Positions 13,431-25,781 of a stretch of 64,000 nucleotides of DNA are shown here, piece after piece. Every line of letters begins with the position of its first letter. Position 1 is the stretch's first letter. Location of the stretch: the NCBI GenBank assembly GCA_950097015.1, contig CATNEN010000003.1, forward strand, positions 13,702,001-13,766,000, read 5' to 3'. The notes under the pieces are model-generated. The model ran no database searches and was not told where the DNA came from. It worked only from the letters and a program-made list of their open reading frames with translations. The DNA is from Macrostomum hystrix. Lineage: Eukaryota > Animalia > Platyhelminthes. The translations under genes and the position numbers were made by a program.

Positions 13431-13844
13431 GGTGCTAAAAAGAATTATGCAAATGAGAAATTTAACTTAGGTTATAATTCTCATAATATTTGTCAGGCGT
13501 GACTAAATATATGTTAGCCGAATTTCTTATTCAAATGAGAAGCATTACATGTACTCATTCGTTTCACACTATATCAAACGTGCTTAAGTCCCCGTTTACT
13601 ATAGTTAGACAGGCATGAGAACAAGACAAATGGGTCGGCATTTCTTTAGTGAGAACACCGATTGCTTTAGGAGGACTTGGGAACAATGCTTTGAAGGGAT
13701 TTTCCTTCAAACCCAAACTGCTGAGAAGCATGAATAATTTATTCATATGTAGGTCTCTAATCTGAGCAGTTCACAGAAAAATTCGAACCTTTACACTAAA
13801 CAGTACTCAGTAAGTTTCGCTCAAAGAAAAAGCTATTCGTATTT

Positions 13845-14330
13845 TTCTGTTATGGAATCTGAGTGGAACTAAGACCTTTTTGATCTTAGCCTCGATCTCA
13901 ACTTCGATCTCACCTTTGATGTCACCCTCGATCTCACCCTCGTTCTCACCTTGGTTCTCACCATCGATCTCACACTCGATCTCACCCTCGATCTCACCCT
14001 CGATCCCAAGCTTCGTTCTCACCCTCGATTTCACCCTCGATCTGTTATGGAATCTGAGTGGAACTAAGACCTTTTTGATCTTACCCTCGATCTCAACTTC
14101 GATCTCACCTTTGATGTCACCCTCGATCTCACCCTCGTTCTCACCTTGGTTCTCACCCTCGATCTCACCCTCGATCTCACTCTCGATCTCACCCTCGATA
14201 TCACTCTCGATCTCACCCTCGATCTCACCCTCGATATCACTCTCGATCTCACCCTCGATCTCACCCTCGATCTCACTCTCGATCTCAACCTCAATCTCAC
14301 CTTGGTTCCCACCTTCGATCTCACCCTTGA
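13845..14330. repeat. 12-bp minisatellite with a ~195-bp internal duplication
   Basis: Unit tcgatctcaccc. The block tctgttatggaatctgagtggaactaagacc occurs at about 13846 and 14041. Confidence 0.9.
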
Positions 14331-15139
14331 TTGATAAAAGAAATTGATAAAATATTTTCAGCAAAAAAATTGAACTCACCGTGTCTGCGACAGAAAAATT
14401 AATTTTTGATGCAATGAATTCCCTCCTATGTATTCTCAACTAGACTGCCTGAGCGCTAGCTGCCACATCTGTATAATATTTATCCCCTATCCTTCATTCT
14501 CTTCAGTCCAACTCCTAACTGTCTACGTGCGTTGTAGGTAAAAAATAGAGAATGCTCTCTGATTGGCTGAAAATTCATTCCTCCTCAAATGGATCATTCC
14601 AGCAGTGACAGTGCATGGAGGCTCAAACAGATAGCCTATTGTTGCTTAGCTGCACATTTTCCCTGCCTCAATGAATCTCCCCCCCCCGGAGACTGTCTCT
14701 CTCGTAAACACAATTGAAGCCCTTCCTATTTTACAATTTTGGGATTTTGGGATTTAGCGAAATATGCGAAGATTATTAGGGCCCCCTTTATTCTAGCTAG
14801 GAAATTAAAAAGCCGTGATTTGCTGTGCCTGGTAACAGGCCAAAATCCATTGTTTTCTGCCTTCTCATTGTCATCCATCTAGGCAGGCATTCTGCTTTTT
14901 TGTGAAAGCAAGTCTGGTGCATGAACAGAACAGGGACATGTCATAGTAGGCACCTATAGAAAACTTGCATGCCAAAATGAGGCTATATTGGAAAGATGAG
15001 TCCTAAAAGGATTCCTTAGATCATGCCTTGACTAATTCTCTTTCCATAATCATCTCATACAATTTAGGTATACACAACCTACATGTACTTACCTAGTTAA
15101 TCGCCGTTCAGTGTATAGCTACTTTTTCATTCATCCCAA

Positions 15140-15310
15140 CTTCACGCCGGCACCACCCACCTCACTCCAACATGTAAACTCACTTCCTGCCCCGCCAGTC
15201 ACCCACCTCACGCCGGCACCAACCACCTCACTCCAACATGCATGTGCACTCACTTCCTGCCCCGCCAGTCACCTACCTCACGCCGGCACCAACCAACCTC
15301 ACTCCAACTG
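15140..15310. repeat. ~70-bp tandem repeat x2.5
   Basis: cacgccggcacc..cacctcactccaac..actcacttcctgccccgccagtcacc. Confidence 0.75.
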
Positions 15311-16817
15311 TACGCGCCCATGCCGGAATCAATCAGTCACGGCACAAATTACTGTTTGTATTCTCTTGGAATCCTCATAAAATGTACTTTGCAAACTAAA
15401 TTCAGACAATATAGCTAGAAATGATTCTCGAAAATCAGCTACAAAACATTGCAAACTCGAATCGTTAAAAGTTGACCATATATATCCTGTAACATATAAA
15501 TCATATTTTTACAGTCGCTATGTAAAAATTTCTGCAGGTTTTCTGCAGGTAACATAATGTAGTTGTAGCGTCTCAAATAAACTTGGAGCAGGCTGCAATC
15601 AATGCGGTTTCATTATTTCACTCACCGTCAAAATTTGAGAACCGGTACGCAAGGCCAGCTGCAGTAACTTCCTGGAAACCGCATCCTTCACAATGCTAGG
15701 CAGCTAACTTTATAAGCCTTTTACATTTCTATTGTATAGTTATAGCATTCCAAGAAGTTTGCTTCAATATATAACGGTTAAATATAAGTTTCGTAGTGAA
15801 TTGACACCAGGGACTAAATAGCATTTTAAATTTCACTCCTTAGCAGAAATTGTGCCTTCCTAATTATTACTCTTGACTCCGGTCATAAATAATGCTTGAT
15901 AACATTACACTGGGGCTAATTGCATGCTGCAAAACTCGTCAACTATTATAGTTGACGTTATATATAGTGTCTGTGTGAGTTGCATGGTCTGCAATTTGTC
16001 ACAAAATAAAAAATTCAGCAATCGCTCCTCCTGAGCTGCGTCGCCATTGTGCGAAAACCAGAGATATTTCATATTTTGTAGTTACCGGCAGCTAAAAGCA
16101 AAGGGTTCAATAATTCGCCATTCCATCATAGTTTACTGCAGCGAAATAAAAAACACATACTACGTCACGCTTTACAACACATGAATTAATTAATGCAACG
16201 TAAATACGGCATTTAGGTATCTCATGCACGACTAACTACTTTGACGACAACTAATCAAGAAAAACGTACAAAAGTCTTGGCTTGTTACTCTTCTCATTTA
16301 GTAGTAATAAAAGTTAGTAATAATCATAGAAATCGCAATACATTTCATTTTGCGAGTAATGTCTAATTCACAGTTATTAGTGTAGCAAAAATTAGAGAGC
16401 GTGAATTGAGAAGGCAATTGTGGAACTGGGCATATGTTGTTCGGATTGGATCGCTTGTTAAGCAGTTAAATAAATTATAGTGCGATAAAAGGGTCAAATC
16501 AATACATATATTAGAATAAAGTTTGCATCAAATTTATTAAACTAAAAAATAAAATGCTTTTTATATAGTCTAAAAATGTTTAGTGCGTAACAAGTAATAT
16601 ACTTGCTAAGATACTTTGTTATACCCTTTAAAGGTATGCGGGTAATTTTAAAATATTAAAGTTTCCTGGACATCTCTGCATGGCCAACTCTCTCTAGATT
16701 CACAATTCATTCCAGTAGATTTGTAATATTTTACTTTTTTTCAGTTATCTAAAAAGTTAATTGCATTAGGGTATTCATAGGGCTTATAAATTTTGCTGTT
16801 AAAATTTCTAAATAGCA

Positions 16818-19499
16818 ATGTATCATCACACGGGAGGGAAGCCAGAAGTACTGTCCAGACGACAAAAAATATTTCAGAAAAAAGTTGTGGCTACAGTTTT
16901 CAGCATTATATCTTTCTTATCTGTTTTGATTTCGTTTGTTTCGCCATACTGGCTAGTGTCATGGGCTCGCATTCATACACCACTTGACAATCTTGGTCTC
17001 TGGGAATTCTGCATGGATGGCTTTGTACATCGACGCGACCAGAATGTGCAGTCGTTCTTTGGATGTTGGTGGATCTTCGCTCCGTATTATGATCCTATTC
17101 GAGATCTGCTGACTCCACGTAAGTCTATATTAATAAAATTAATATCTTTTTACAGACGAGCACGGCCAGGCCATCAATATTTTTCTATATTTTGCATATT
17201 ATGATATTGCAAATGTGATATTGTGATGTGATTGTGATTAATTGATCAATCCTGATTGATCTCTCAGAATTAGCTAGCTTTGCTATAAGTATAAATACAA
17301 ATAGCTAATAAATTTTTGCACAGTACTAGAGTTAAAAAAAAGAATATATATTAATTAAAATTGAGTAATTGCTTTTATTAAAGTTTATATGGAACATGAC
17401 CAAAACTCCCTCACAGTAAGACTGTCATTGCTCTAACTGGCTCTTCTTGGGGTGAGAGAGGTCACCAAAATTCCTCCTATTTAAATGGTGGGTGGGTGGG
17501 TATTTGCTCTAGCATTCCAGAGTAGGGAGAACAAAGGTTGGCTCTTAGGCTATAGTATTATATTATTTAATTTTATGAATAGTAGGCCTATAAGGAAGCA
17601 TCACAGAAAAAAGAACTTAAGAACCTGAGAAACATAGTTGGCACACCTGCACTATTTTAGCACTATTGCACTATTTTGCTTTAGCTGGGCTATTGCACTA
17701 ATTTTTGTAAAATATAGTAAATCCTGCACTAAATGATACAAAATTGTGTTTCACATTAGTTCCCTTCCTCAGACTCCTGTAGCCAGGGAAGGGAAGGAAA
17801 TTAATGACCAAAAAGGACAGTTACACATACACTGAAAACATAATTACATGTTATTTATTACTAACTGCTTTGTCTATCTGTCCCTCTACCCAAGATGGCT
17901 GCTCCTTATCAGCTTGCCTCCAACCTTTTTCCCTTTCTAGGCGCCTCCCATCTCTTGTGCTCTATGCCTCCACCCCTCTAGCTATATATCTCACCCTAGT
18001 CGTGCCACCCCTCCCTGGCTAGGGTGAGACTAGGCCAAAACCCTCAATGTACATATAGGGTCTGAGGGGTGGGGTTTGTTTCACCCCTGGCCCAATCGCA
18101 GTCCCACCAAAATGGCCCAGCTAGAGCTCTTTTTTTAATCACTTTTAAACAGAGAACTAGTTTTTTAACAAAGTAACAGAAGCGACAGAAGAGACTATTT
18201 AATTGAATAGAAGCTTGCACCAGGCATGAGTTCCAAAGCAAAGCCTAAGTGGAAGCCAAACCAACAAGGCCGAGCCACAAAATGGGACGAAGACTCGCTA
18301 AGAGAGTGATAACTCTGGGCTTTGTGGACCTGTGGTTACTGCTTATGAATTTTACCATTTATTCACATTTTAAACAATTTATCTAATGCTGCACTAAGTT
18401 TTTCATCCAGCGCTAATATTTCATTGCTTGCCAGTGGCAACTATGCTTCCAACCCATCCCCAACTATGGTGGTCTTTGTCCTACTCTAACACCTAATTTG
18501 TTTACCTGGCCTTCAATTCTTCTAAGATTAATTTCGGGATAAATGTGAATTGAAATAAAAAAAATACTTCAATCTTGAATCTTGTTTACTTTATTGGTTT
18601 TATATCAGATTATATATTACTGAACAAATAGATATTTTTATTTAACATCCATGGCTTCAAGTTACTTGCAATAAAAAATAGCAGTAAAATAATGGTACTT
18701 CTAGCTAATAAACAAATTTATTTCATTCTTAGCTATATTTATAACCTATCATTTTATGATTATTTTTTCTAGATAAATGTCTTAAACAAATTAAATAAAT
18801 ATCTGTTTAACAGTCTGTTTATTAGTAAAACACTTAAGTTTAAAATATATATCTCCATTTTCATTTATTTAACAGCCTGGTTTCGCTTTCTCCAACTGTT
18901 TGTCACACTGGCCCTACTAATTGGTCTAGCCAATGTTGTCCTAATGTTGGTCTACACGTGCGACCTAATCACGCATGTTCAGCAGAGGGTCCTACTGTCT
19001 CGAGTGCTCTACTATGCAAACATTTTTATTTGTAAGTTTCTCATTGAAAACAAAATCAGACTTATTTTTATAATTAGACAATGCTGCAATCTGGACAATA
19101 AACTTCTAATTTTCAGTTTGTTGCCTACTTATTGCTAACATCATATTTGCCTTCAAGCACAATGATCCATACTGGATGCCGACACCAACCTTGAATTGGC
19201 CATCGTGGTCCTACGGCCTGTCGATTCTGGCAAATTTCTTTACTGGCTTTGCAATTATTGTACTATTCAGTCAGCAATTAGCGGACGCTGTTAGGCTAGA
19301 TGACGAGCAGTATAATTTCCCAATGTCAATCACTGTCACGAGCCAGTTGCAGCACGGAGCGGCTGCAGCTGCAACCTCTGAGACTGGCGCCGGCGGTCGC
19401 AGCTCCAAGTTTCATCGCTACCCTGCCGGAAGCGGCTTTGGAGCCAGTTCCAGACCGTTGAAATCGCACGAAGAAGTTAACAGCGACACACCAATCTAG
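16818..19499 (+). CDS. Invertebrate claudin (PMP22/EMP/claudin superfamily; pickel/megatrachea, sinuous, kune-kune type), 3 exons, about 279 aa
   Basis: Exons 16818-17118, 18876-19031 and 19117-19499, all GT/AG with consistent phase 1. Motifs SPYWL..GLWEFC..GCWW (W-GLW-C-C), PPWF, and WMP..NWPSWSYGL. Four hydrophobic helices; C-terminus -DTPI. Confidence 0.88.
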
Positions 19500-19595
19500 A
19501 CTGATTTGGGGAAAACTTTTGAATTATATTTGTAGCGTTGTTAAGCAGTGATTTTGGTTTTAACCTCTTCGCAAGAGGTTGAAGAGAAGATTGAA

Positions 19596-19872
19596 GAGGT
19601 TGTAGCCTAGTGGTTAGAGCGTCGGACTCACGATTTGAAGGTCGGGGGTTCGATTCCCGACTCCACTGAAACAATTTGTGTCCTTTAGCAAGACACTTAA
19701 CTCTGCATTGCTTCAGTTCACCCAGCTGTTAAGTGGGTACCAGCATTAGCTGGGATAATTGAAGGTGGGTGTGGCGACCCCCCGTTCATGGACTGAACAG
19801 CCGTACGCAGCCTTCAGATGCGCCGCGCATTAGCTGCGGCTGTGCTGTCGGCTGCACATCTGACCCAATTGG
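19596..19872 (+). mobile_element. tRNA-derived SINE, family A (CORE-like middle domain, 3' stem-loop tail)
   Basis: A-box TAGCCTAGTGG and B-box GGTTCGATTCC, then a CORE-like stretch tgtgtcctttagcaagacacttaac..cttcagttcacccagctg..gggtacc. The tail tcagatgcgc..gcacatctga forms a hairpin. Homologous copies occur elsewhere in the window. Confidence 0.8.
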
Positions 19873-21082
19873 AGCTCGAATCCGCGACGAGGCCGCATTC
19901 ATTTGTGGCGCAGCCGCGGAGTAAAATAGTACGATAAGATTCGAACTCTCGACCTCCAGAGTAGTCCAAACATTTTAACGTTACAAGCTCATTTTGTGTA
20001 TCAAAGCGTTAGGCTGTAATTATTTAGTTTAAAAGTAAAGTAAACTCTGAAATTTCCTTACTTAAAATGACGAAATTTAGGAATCAAGCTTGCTTGGAGA
20101 AAAATAACCAATTAAACAGTATATACTGGCATCGAAACCGATGCATCAATTTTGTGCAATAATCTGTTTTGTGTATTCTTTCTCCTTAAAACTTAATTTT
20201 TTCAGTTTTACTCACTACTTATATAAGTAGCTTAATTGTCTATAATTTATTAGCTTATCATTTTATTTATGCACATTTTTGTTAAAATCTCTATTTACAC
20301 AAACCGCTTTCTGTAATTATTTGTTTATTTTTTAACCTCGCTTGCAATAACTCGAAAAGGTTTCGATGTTTTTATGTGCAATAAACTAAAAGTGTTACTT
20401 TTCAAGTAGTATGATAAAGAAAATTCGTTCAAAAATTTGTTATTGAATTCAGCTTTTCATTTTTTTGTTGTGATAAACTTTCATAACCAGTTTTTTAGAA
20501 TTCTTGTTTGAGTCATTCGTCAGCTGTTTGGTTAGTACATCGAACAAGGAAACTTTTTGTCGATCTACGAGTATTTCAGCTTGATTGTTCTGTTGCTGAG
20601 AACAAATTTTCTATGAGGAACTGTTTTTTTAAAGTGACTCCCAGCTAAATGTTTACTTACAGTAGTATAAAACATAATTAGCCAGATTTTTATTCATGTT
20701 AATAATTTCTAAACACATTCCGATTTTTTCCTGAAAACTTGAAAGCTTTTAGTTTATTCATGTCCTTCTTTTCATTCCTAAGATATACCGCAAAATATTT
20801 ACTGTTTGAACAGTTTTGCAAAAATCATTTTCAGCGAGTTCTCGCTTCATTTTATATTTAAAAAGTTACATCTATCATATAACCACAAATCCAGCTAATT
20901 TTGTTATTATATAATGTTAAAACTTTTGTAAACTGCAATTTGTCCTCCGGTATGTGAAACAACAAATTGAAATTTTCCAATTTTTTTTCTGGAAAACCTG
21001 TTAAGCATTGGTCGTTTAATAAACAAACTTAAAATTTTTTTGTTTATTTTTTACTCATACCTCTTGGTCAGTTTGCCATGCT

Positions 21083-21680
21083 ACACAGATCCTCAAATCA
21101 GGTGATCAGCATACTCACAGATCCTCAAATCAGTTCCAGCATACTCACAGATCCTCAAATCAATTACAGCATACTCACAGATCTTCAAATCAATTACAGC
21201 ATACTCACAGATCCTCAAATCAGGTGATCAGCATACTCACAGATCCTCAATTACAGCATACTCACAGATCCTCAAATCAGGTGATCAGCATACTCACAGA
21301 TCCTCAATTACAGCATACTCACAGATCCTCAAATCAGGTGATCAGCATACTCACAGATCCTCAAATCAGTTCCAACTTCCAGCATACTCAGATCCTCAAA
21401 TCAATTACAGCATACTCAGATCCTCAAATCAGTTCCAGCATACTCACAGATCCTCAAATCAGTTCCAGCATACTCAGATCCTCAAATCAATTACAGCATA
21501 CTCAGATCCTCAAATCAATTACAGCATACTCAGATCCTCAAATCAGTTCCAGCATACTCACAGATCCTCAAATCAGTTCCAGCATACTCACAGATCCTCA
21601 AATCAGTTCCAGCATACTCACAGATCCTCACATCAGTTCCAGCATACTCACAGATCCTCACATCAAACAGCAGCATATCC
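21083..21680. repeat. ~30-bp minisatellite
   Basis: Unit cagcatactcacagatcctcaaatcagttc. Confidence 0.92.
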
Positions 21681-22339
21681 TTCAAGAGTGTTAAATAACA
21701 AGAATTCAGAGTTGCAGAAAATCACACAAATTTCCTCTAGGAGAAGGCAGGCGGCAGCTTTCTGCAACACAGCTAATCGATAGTTGTTAAAAACAGCTGT
21801 TATTTCGCCCAGTTTGCTTAAGATGTCGAGTTCACAGAAACATTTTATTGGGGTGAGGGGGTTATTATAGCTAGAGGCAAACAGGCATGCGCAATTATAC
21901 GAAACAAAGTGTCCAATATATATTCACTAAGAGGACGTTTGCTTATTTTATATATAGAAGTAGAGATTCTCAACCATCTGCTTTACTGAAGCAATCGATC
22001 TGATATTATTTCCAGACTTTTTTCGGGACAACTTTGGTTTTACTGTTTGTATGCCGACTGCATTGCTGGGTCTGTCTTTAATGAGCCTTTTATAGCTTAG
22101 AAACTATTACAGTTCAATGGACTTAATTTTAGTCTGGACTTTGATTTTGATTTACATGGACATTTATTTATTTCTGAGTTTGCCTTTCTTACATTCCCTG
22201 AGAGTTTCAGTCTGTGGGAATTTCGCTGTCTAGCAATTTCACTGTGTTAGTATTATATTATCTGGAAATTCAGTTCATAATTTTCACACTGTATGAATTT
22301 AACTCTCCGGGACAGTCACTCTGGGAATTTTGTTCTGTT

Positions 22340-22670
22340 GGAGATTCACTCTATGGGAAATTCACTCTATGGGAATTTCACTCTGCGAATTTTACTCTAT
22401 GCGAATTTTACTCTATGGGAATTTCACTCTATGGGAATTTCACTCTATGCGAATTTCACTCTATGCGAATTTTACTCTATGGGAATTTCACTCTGGGAAA
22501 TTCACTCTATGGGAATTTCACTCTGGGAAATTCACTCTATGGGAATTTCACTCTATGGGAATTTCACTCTATGGTAAATTCACTCTATGGGAATCTATGG
22601 GAATTTCACTCTATTCGAATTTCACTAAATGGGAATTTTTCTCTACAGAATTTCATTTTATGGGAATTTC
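22340..22670. repeat. 16-bp minisatellite (array 1)
   Basis: Unit tatgggaatttcactc. Confidence 0.9.
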
Positions 22671-23933
22671 ACTTTGCACGGGTTTTACTCTCTGGGAGTT
22701 TCAATATCTGTTAATTTCACTCTCCAGGATTCTCACTCTCACTTAATTATAATAGAAAATTTTACTTTTATTACACCTACTCGTAGTTAGACTTAACTAG
22801 TGTTAGCGTAATTTGAGGGACTCTACAGACAGTCCCATAAATAGACTGTACTGTAATAATATGCAGTAAGAACCGTTTTTCTGTCTCCAATAATGATTGA
22901 ATAAATCGTGGGCACAAACCAAATCAAAGAATAATAAATGCACAAATTCAGACTTCGTTATCTGCCCATTTCGAGTCAAGTAGCTAGGCTGACTCACTTT
23001 GAGCACTTTGAGAAGCATGAAGTGTTCCTCGACTTTCGTGTCATTGGCGCAAGGCCAATTGGGTATGATAAATGCAATTTTGTGTCAACTAGCCAACTAT
23101 AAATGGTATAAGTCTGCCCCAGTGACAGTAGACAAGCAATCTAATTTGGACATTTCGGTCAAAGAAAGACTTGCTTTGAATCTAGAGAGTATTAACGTGA
23201 GTGGGGCTTGAGCACAAATGCACTATAACTATTAGAGTCCTGACTTTAGAAACTGAACAGACAAGTCATTGTCGCGAAATCCTAATTTTTGATAGTAAAG
23301 GTTGACTGGCCTTCTTATTTTAAAGGTCTGGGGTTCGATTCCCGACTCCTTTGGTGAATTTTTGAAATTTCGTATTTTTGTGTTTTCTGCCTTCAGTTTT
23401 AGTCGCTGTTTAAAATATTAACAAACAGAAAGTTTTGCAAATGCAAAGCAAAAGCTTGTGTTTTTTCTCTTCTCGTAGAAAAAGAGAAACACGAAAATCA
23501 CCCCTTCCCCTTTGGGAAATCTTGCCCATAGTGCACTTGAAACTAATTTCGTATAAATTTTACCGGAACATTGCTCCTTATGCTCCCTTGAATTCCCCAA
23601 AGGGAATTCTCTTCTCTACTTCGATTTCCCAGAAGGGTCGAACGCAAGCGTACATCCGCGGTGCTAATATCGGATGCTAATCGTGGGTTGTAAAGTTTTT
23701 CTAGCCGGCCAACGTTTTTTTCTAGTCTAATTTGAATTTGTCAAATTTCCCTGTTGACTTGAAGAGAATCCGGAAAAAAAATTGCACGATGAAAAGTTGT
23801 AGTGCTTCCACTGCGGTCAGGGCATTGCAGAAAGTAGTTTTGGCTTCATTTTGGCCAGTCACTTTGTCGGAAAATGTGATGAAAAATAAAGAAAAGTTAA
23901 ATTATTAAAAGTAAATTATCCTACCCACTTGTG

Positions 23934-24200
23934 GGGGAATTTCACTCTATGGGAATTTCACTCCATGGGAATTTCACTCTATGGGAATTGCACTCTATGG
24001 AAATCGCACTCTATGGGAATTTCACTCTATGGGAATTTCACTCTATGGGAGTTTCACTCTATGGGAGTTTCACTCCATGGGAATTTCACTCTATGGGAAT
24101 TTCACTCTATGGAAATCGCACTCTATGGGAATTTCACTCTATGAGAATTTCACTACAGGGGAGTTTCACTCCATGGAAATTTCACTCTATGGGAATTTCA
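23934..24200. repeat. 16-bp minisatellite (array 2, same unit as 22340-22670)
   Basis: Unit tatgggaatttcactc. Confidence 0.9.
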
Positions 24201-24330
24201 ACCACGACCCTATCCGATGCTGGTACACATTTAAAAGCTGGGTGAACTGAAGCAAGGCAAAGTTAAGTGTCTCGCTAAAGGACACAAATGATTTAAATGG
24301 AGTCGGGAATCGAACCCCGGAACTTCAAGT
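24201..24330 (-). mobile_element. SINE family A, 5'-truncated copy
   Basis: Reverse complement reads ggggttcgattcccgactcc..tgtgtcctttagcgagacacttaac..gcttcagttcacccagct..gtaccagcat, matching 19645-19750. Head-only fragments also occur at about 23320-23350 and 29350-29397, and a tail fragment at about 2494-2545. Confidence 0.7.
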
Positions 24331-24854
24331 GGTTAAGCCTCATCATCTTAATAAGGAGTAGGAACGTTACAGAAATTAATTATTTTTAATCAAAATAGGT
24401 TAAAGTAGATTGTTAAGATCTTTTCATTAATAATTTCTAACTCATTAGTAGAGGAATCAATTTTTAACGGTCATCGCTGTTATCAGTCACTACATGATAA
24501 TTGTATCAAGAAATTTGTCTACTTCCTAAGAACAAACTTGTTTCAATAATCTATCTCACATCCTGTCTCTAGGTAGGTGTATTAATTTACTCAGTTCTGT
24601 TTTAATCTAGATTTAATTCGTTTCATCGTCTTATAAGTCCATAGGTCATTTCCTGATCCAAATTTTTTTTAACTTTGTCTAGATTGCTTTCGATTGGTCG
24701 ATTCTTAGATCCCTGAGCTAGGATAAAGCTAATCTTGACTAGAAAAAACTGGGATTTTGTCAAGATATATATATGTTCTCCAAGACAAATGTGCTTTGTC
24801 GAAAATCTTCAGGCGAACGGCTTTTAGGTGAGTTTTATTAAAACATTTATTTTT

Positions 24855-25580
24855 GTAACAGAGCTGAGAAAAGTGACAGATTTAATAGTGTGACAGAGCT
24901 GAGAAAAGTGACAGGGTGAAGGGTGTGACAGAGCTCAGAAGAGAGACAGATTGAAGGGTGTGACAGATTGATGGGTGTGACAGATTGATGGGTGTGACAG
25001 ATTGATGGGTGTGACAGATCGATGGGTGTGACAGATTGATGGGTGTGACAGATTGATGGGTGTGACAGATTGATGGGTGTGACAGATCGATGGGTGTGAC
25101 AGATTGATGGGTGTGACAGATTGATGGGTGTGACAGATTGATGGGTGTGACAGATTGATGGGTGTGACAGATTGAAGGGTGTGACAGATTGATGGGTGTG
25201 ACAGATTGATGGGTGTGACAGATTGAAGGGTGTGACAGATTGATGGGTGTGACAGATCGATGGGTGTGACAGATTGAAGGGTGTGACAGATTGATGGGTG
25301 TGACAGATTGATGGGTGTGACAGATTGATGGGTGTGACAGATTGAAGGGTGTGACAGATTGATTGGTGTGACAGATTGATGGGTGTGACAGATTGATTGG
25401 TGTGACAGATTGATTGGTGTGACAGATTGATTGGTGTGACAGATTGATGGGTGTGACAGATTGATTGGTGTGACAGATTGATGGGTGTGACAGATTGATT
25501 GGTGTGACAGATTGATTGGTGTGACAGATTGAAGGGTGTGACAGATTGATGGGTGTGACAGATTGATGGGTGTGACAGAG
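24855..25580. repeat. 17-bp minisatellite
   Basis: Unit gtgtgacagattgatgg. Confidence 0.95.
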
Positions 25581-25638
25581 CATTCATAAGAGTACTCAAA
25601 ATTTCGATTGAGATTAGGATGATACGAAAAAGCCGAAT

Positions 25639-25739
25639 ATGTACTCAAAGCAGGGATCAGACATGGTTTCCGACAGCGGAGTACATCAAGATGCAGGCTC
25701 AGCCTCCACCAGAAGACGCCAAAAGCAGCAAAACAAAAG

Positions 25740-25781
<42 letters not shown>

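Noticed and set aside
13807-14439. EGEI-repeat / RS-like ORFs
   Set aside because: Frames of a 12-bp tandem repeat are open on both strands by construction.
19596-19668. tRNA-Val(CAC)-like cloverleaf
   Set aside because: The acceptor stem is mismatched, the sequence runs into a SINE core, and sister copies have different 'anticodons' (CGC, CAA). It is a SINE head, not a tRNA gene.
24847-25648. Three overlapping ~240-aa SVTPINLSHPSICHT ORFs
   Set aside because: A 17-bp repeat read in all three frames. The same applies to ORFs at 21224, 22214-22746, 23929-24250, 40411, 50067, 51349, 53502 and 59022-59605.
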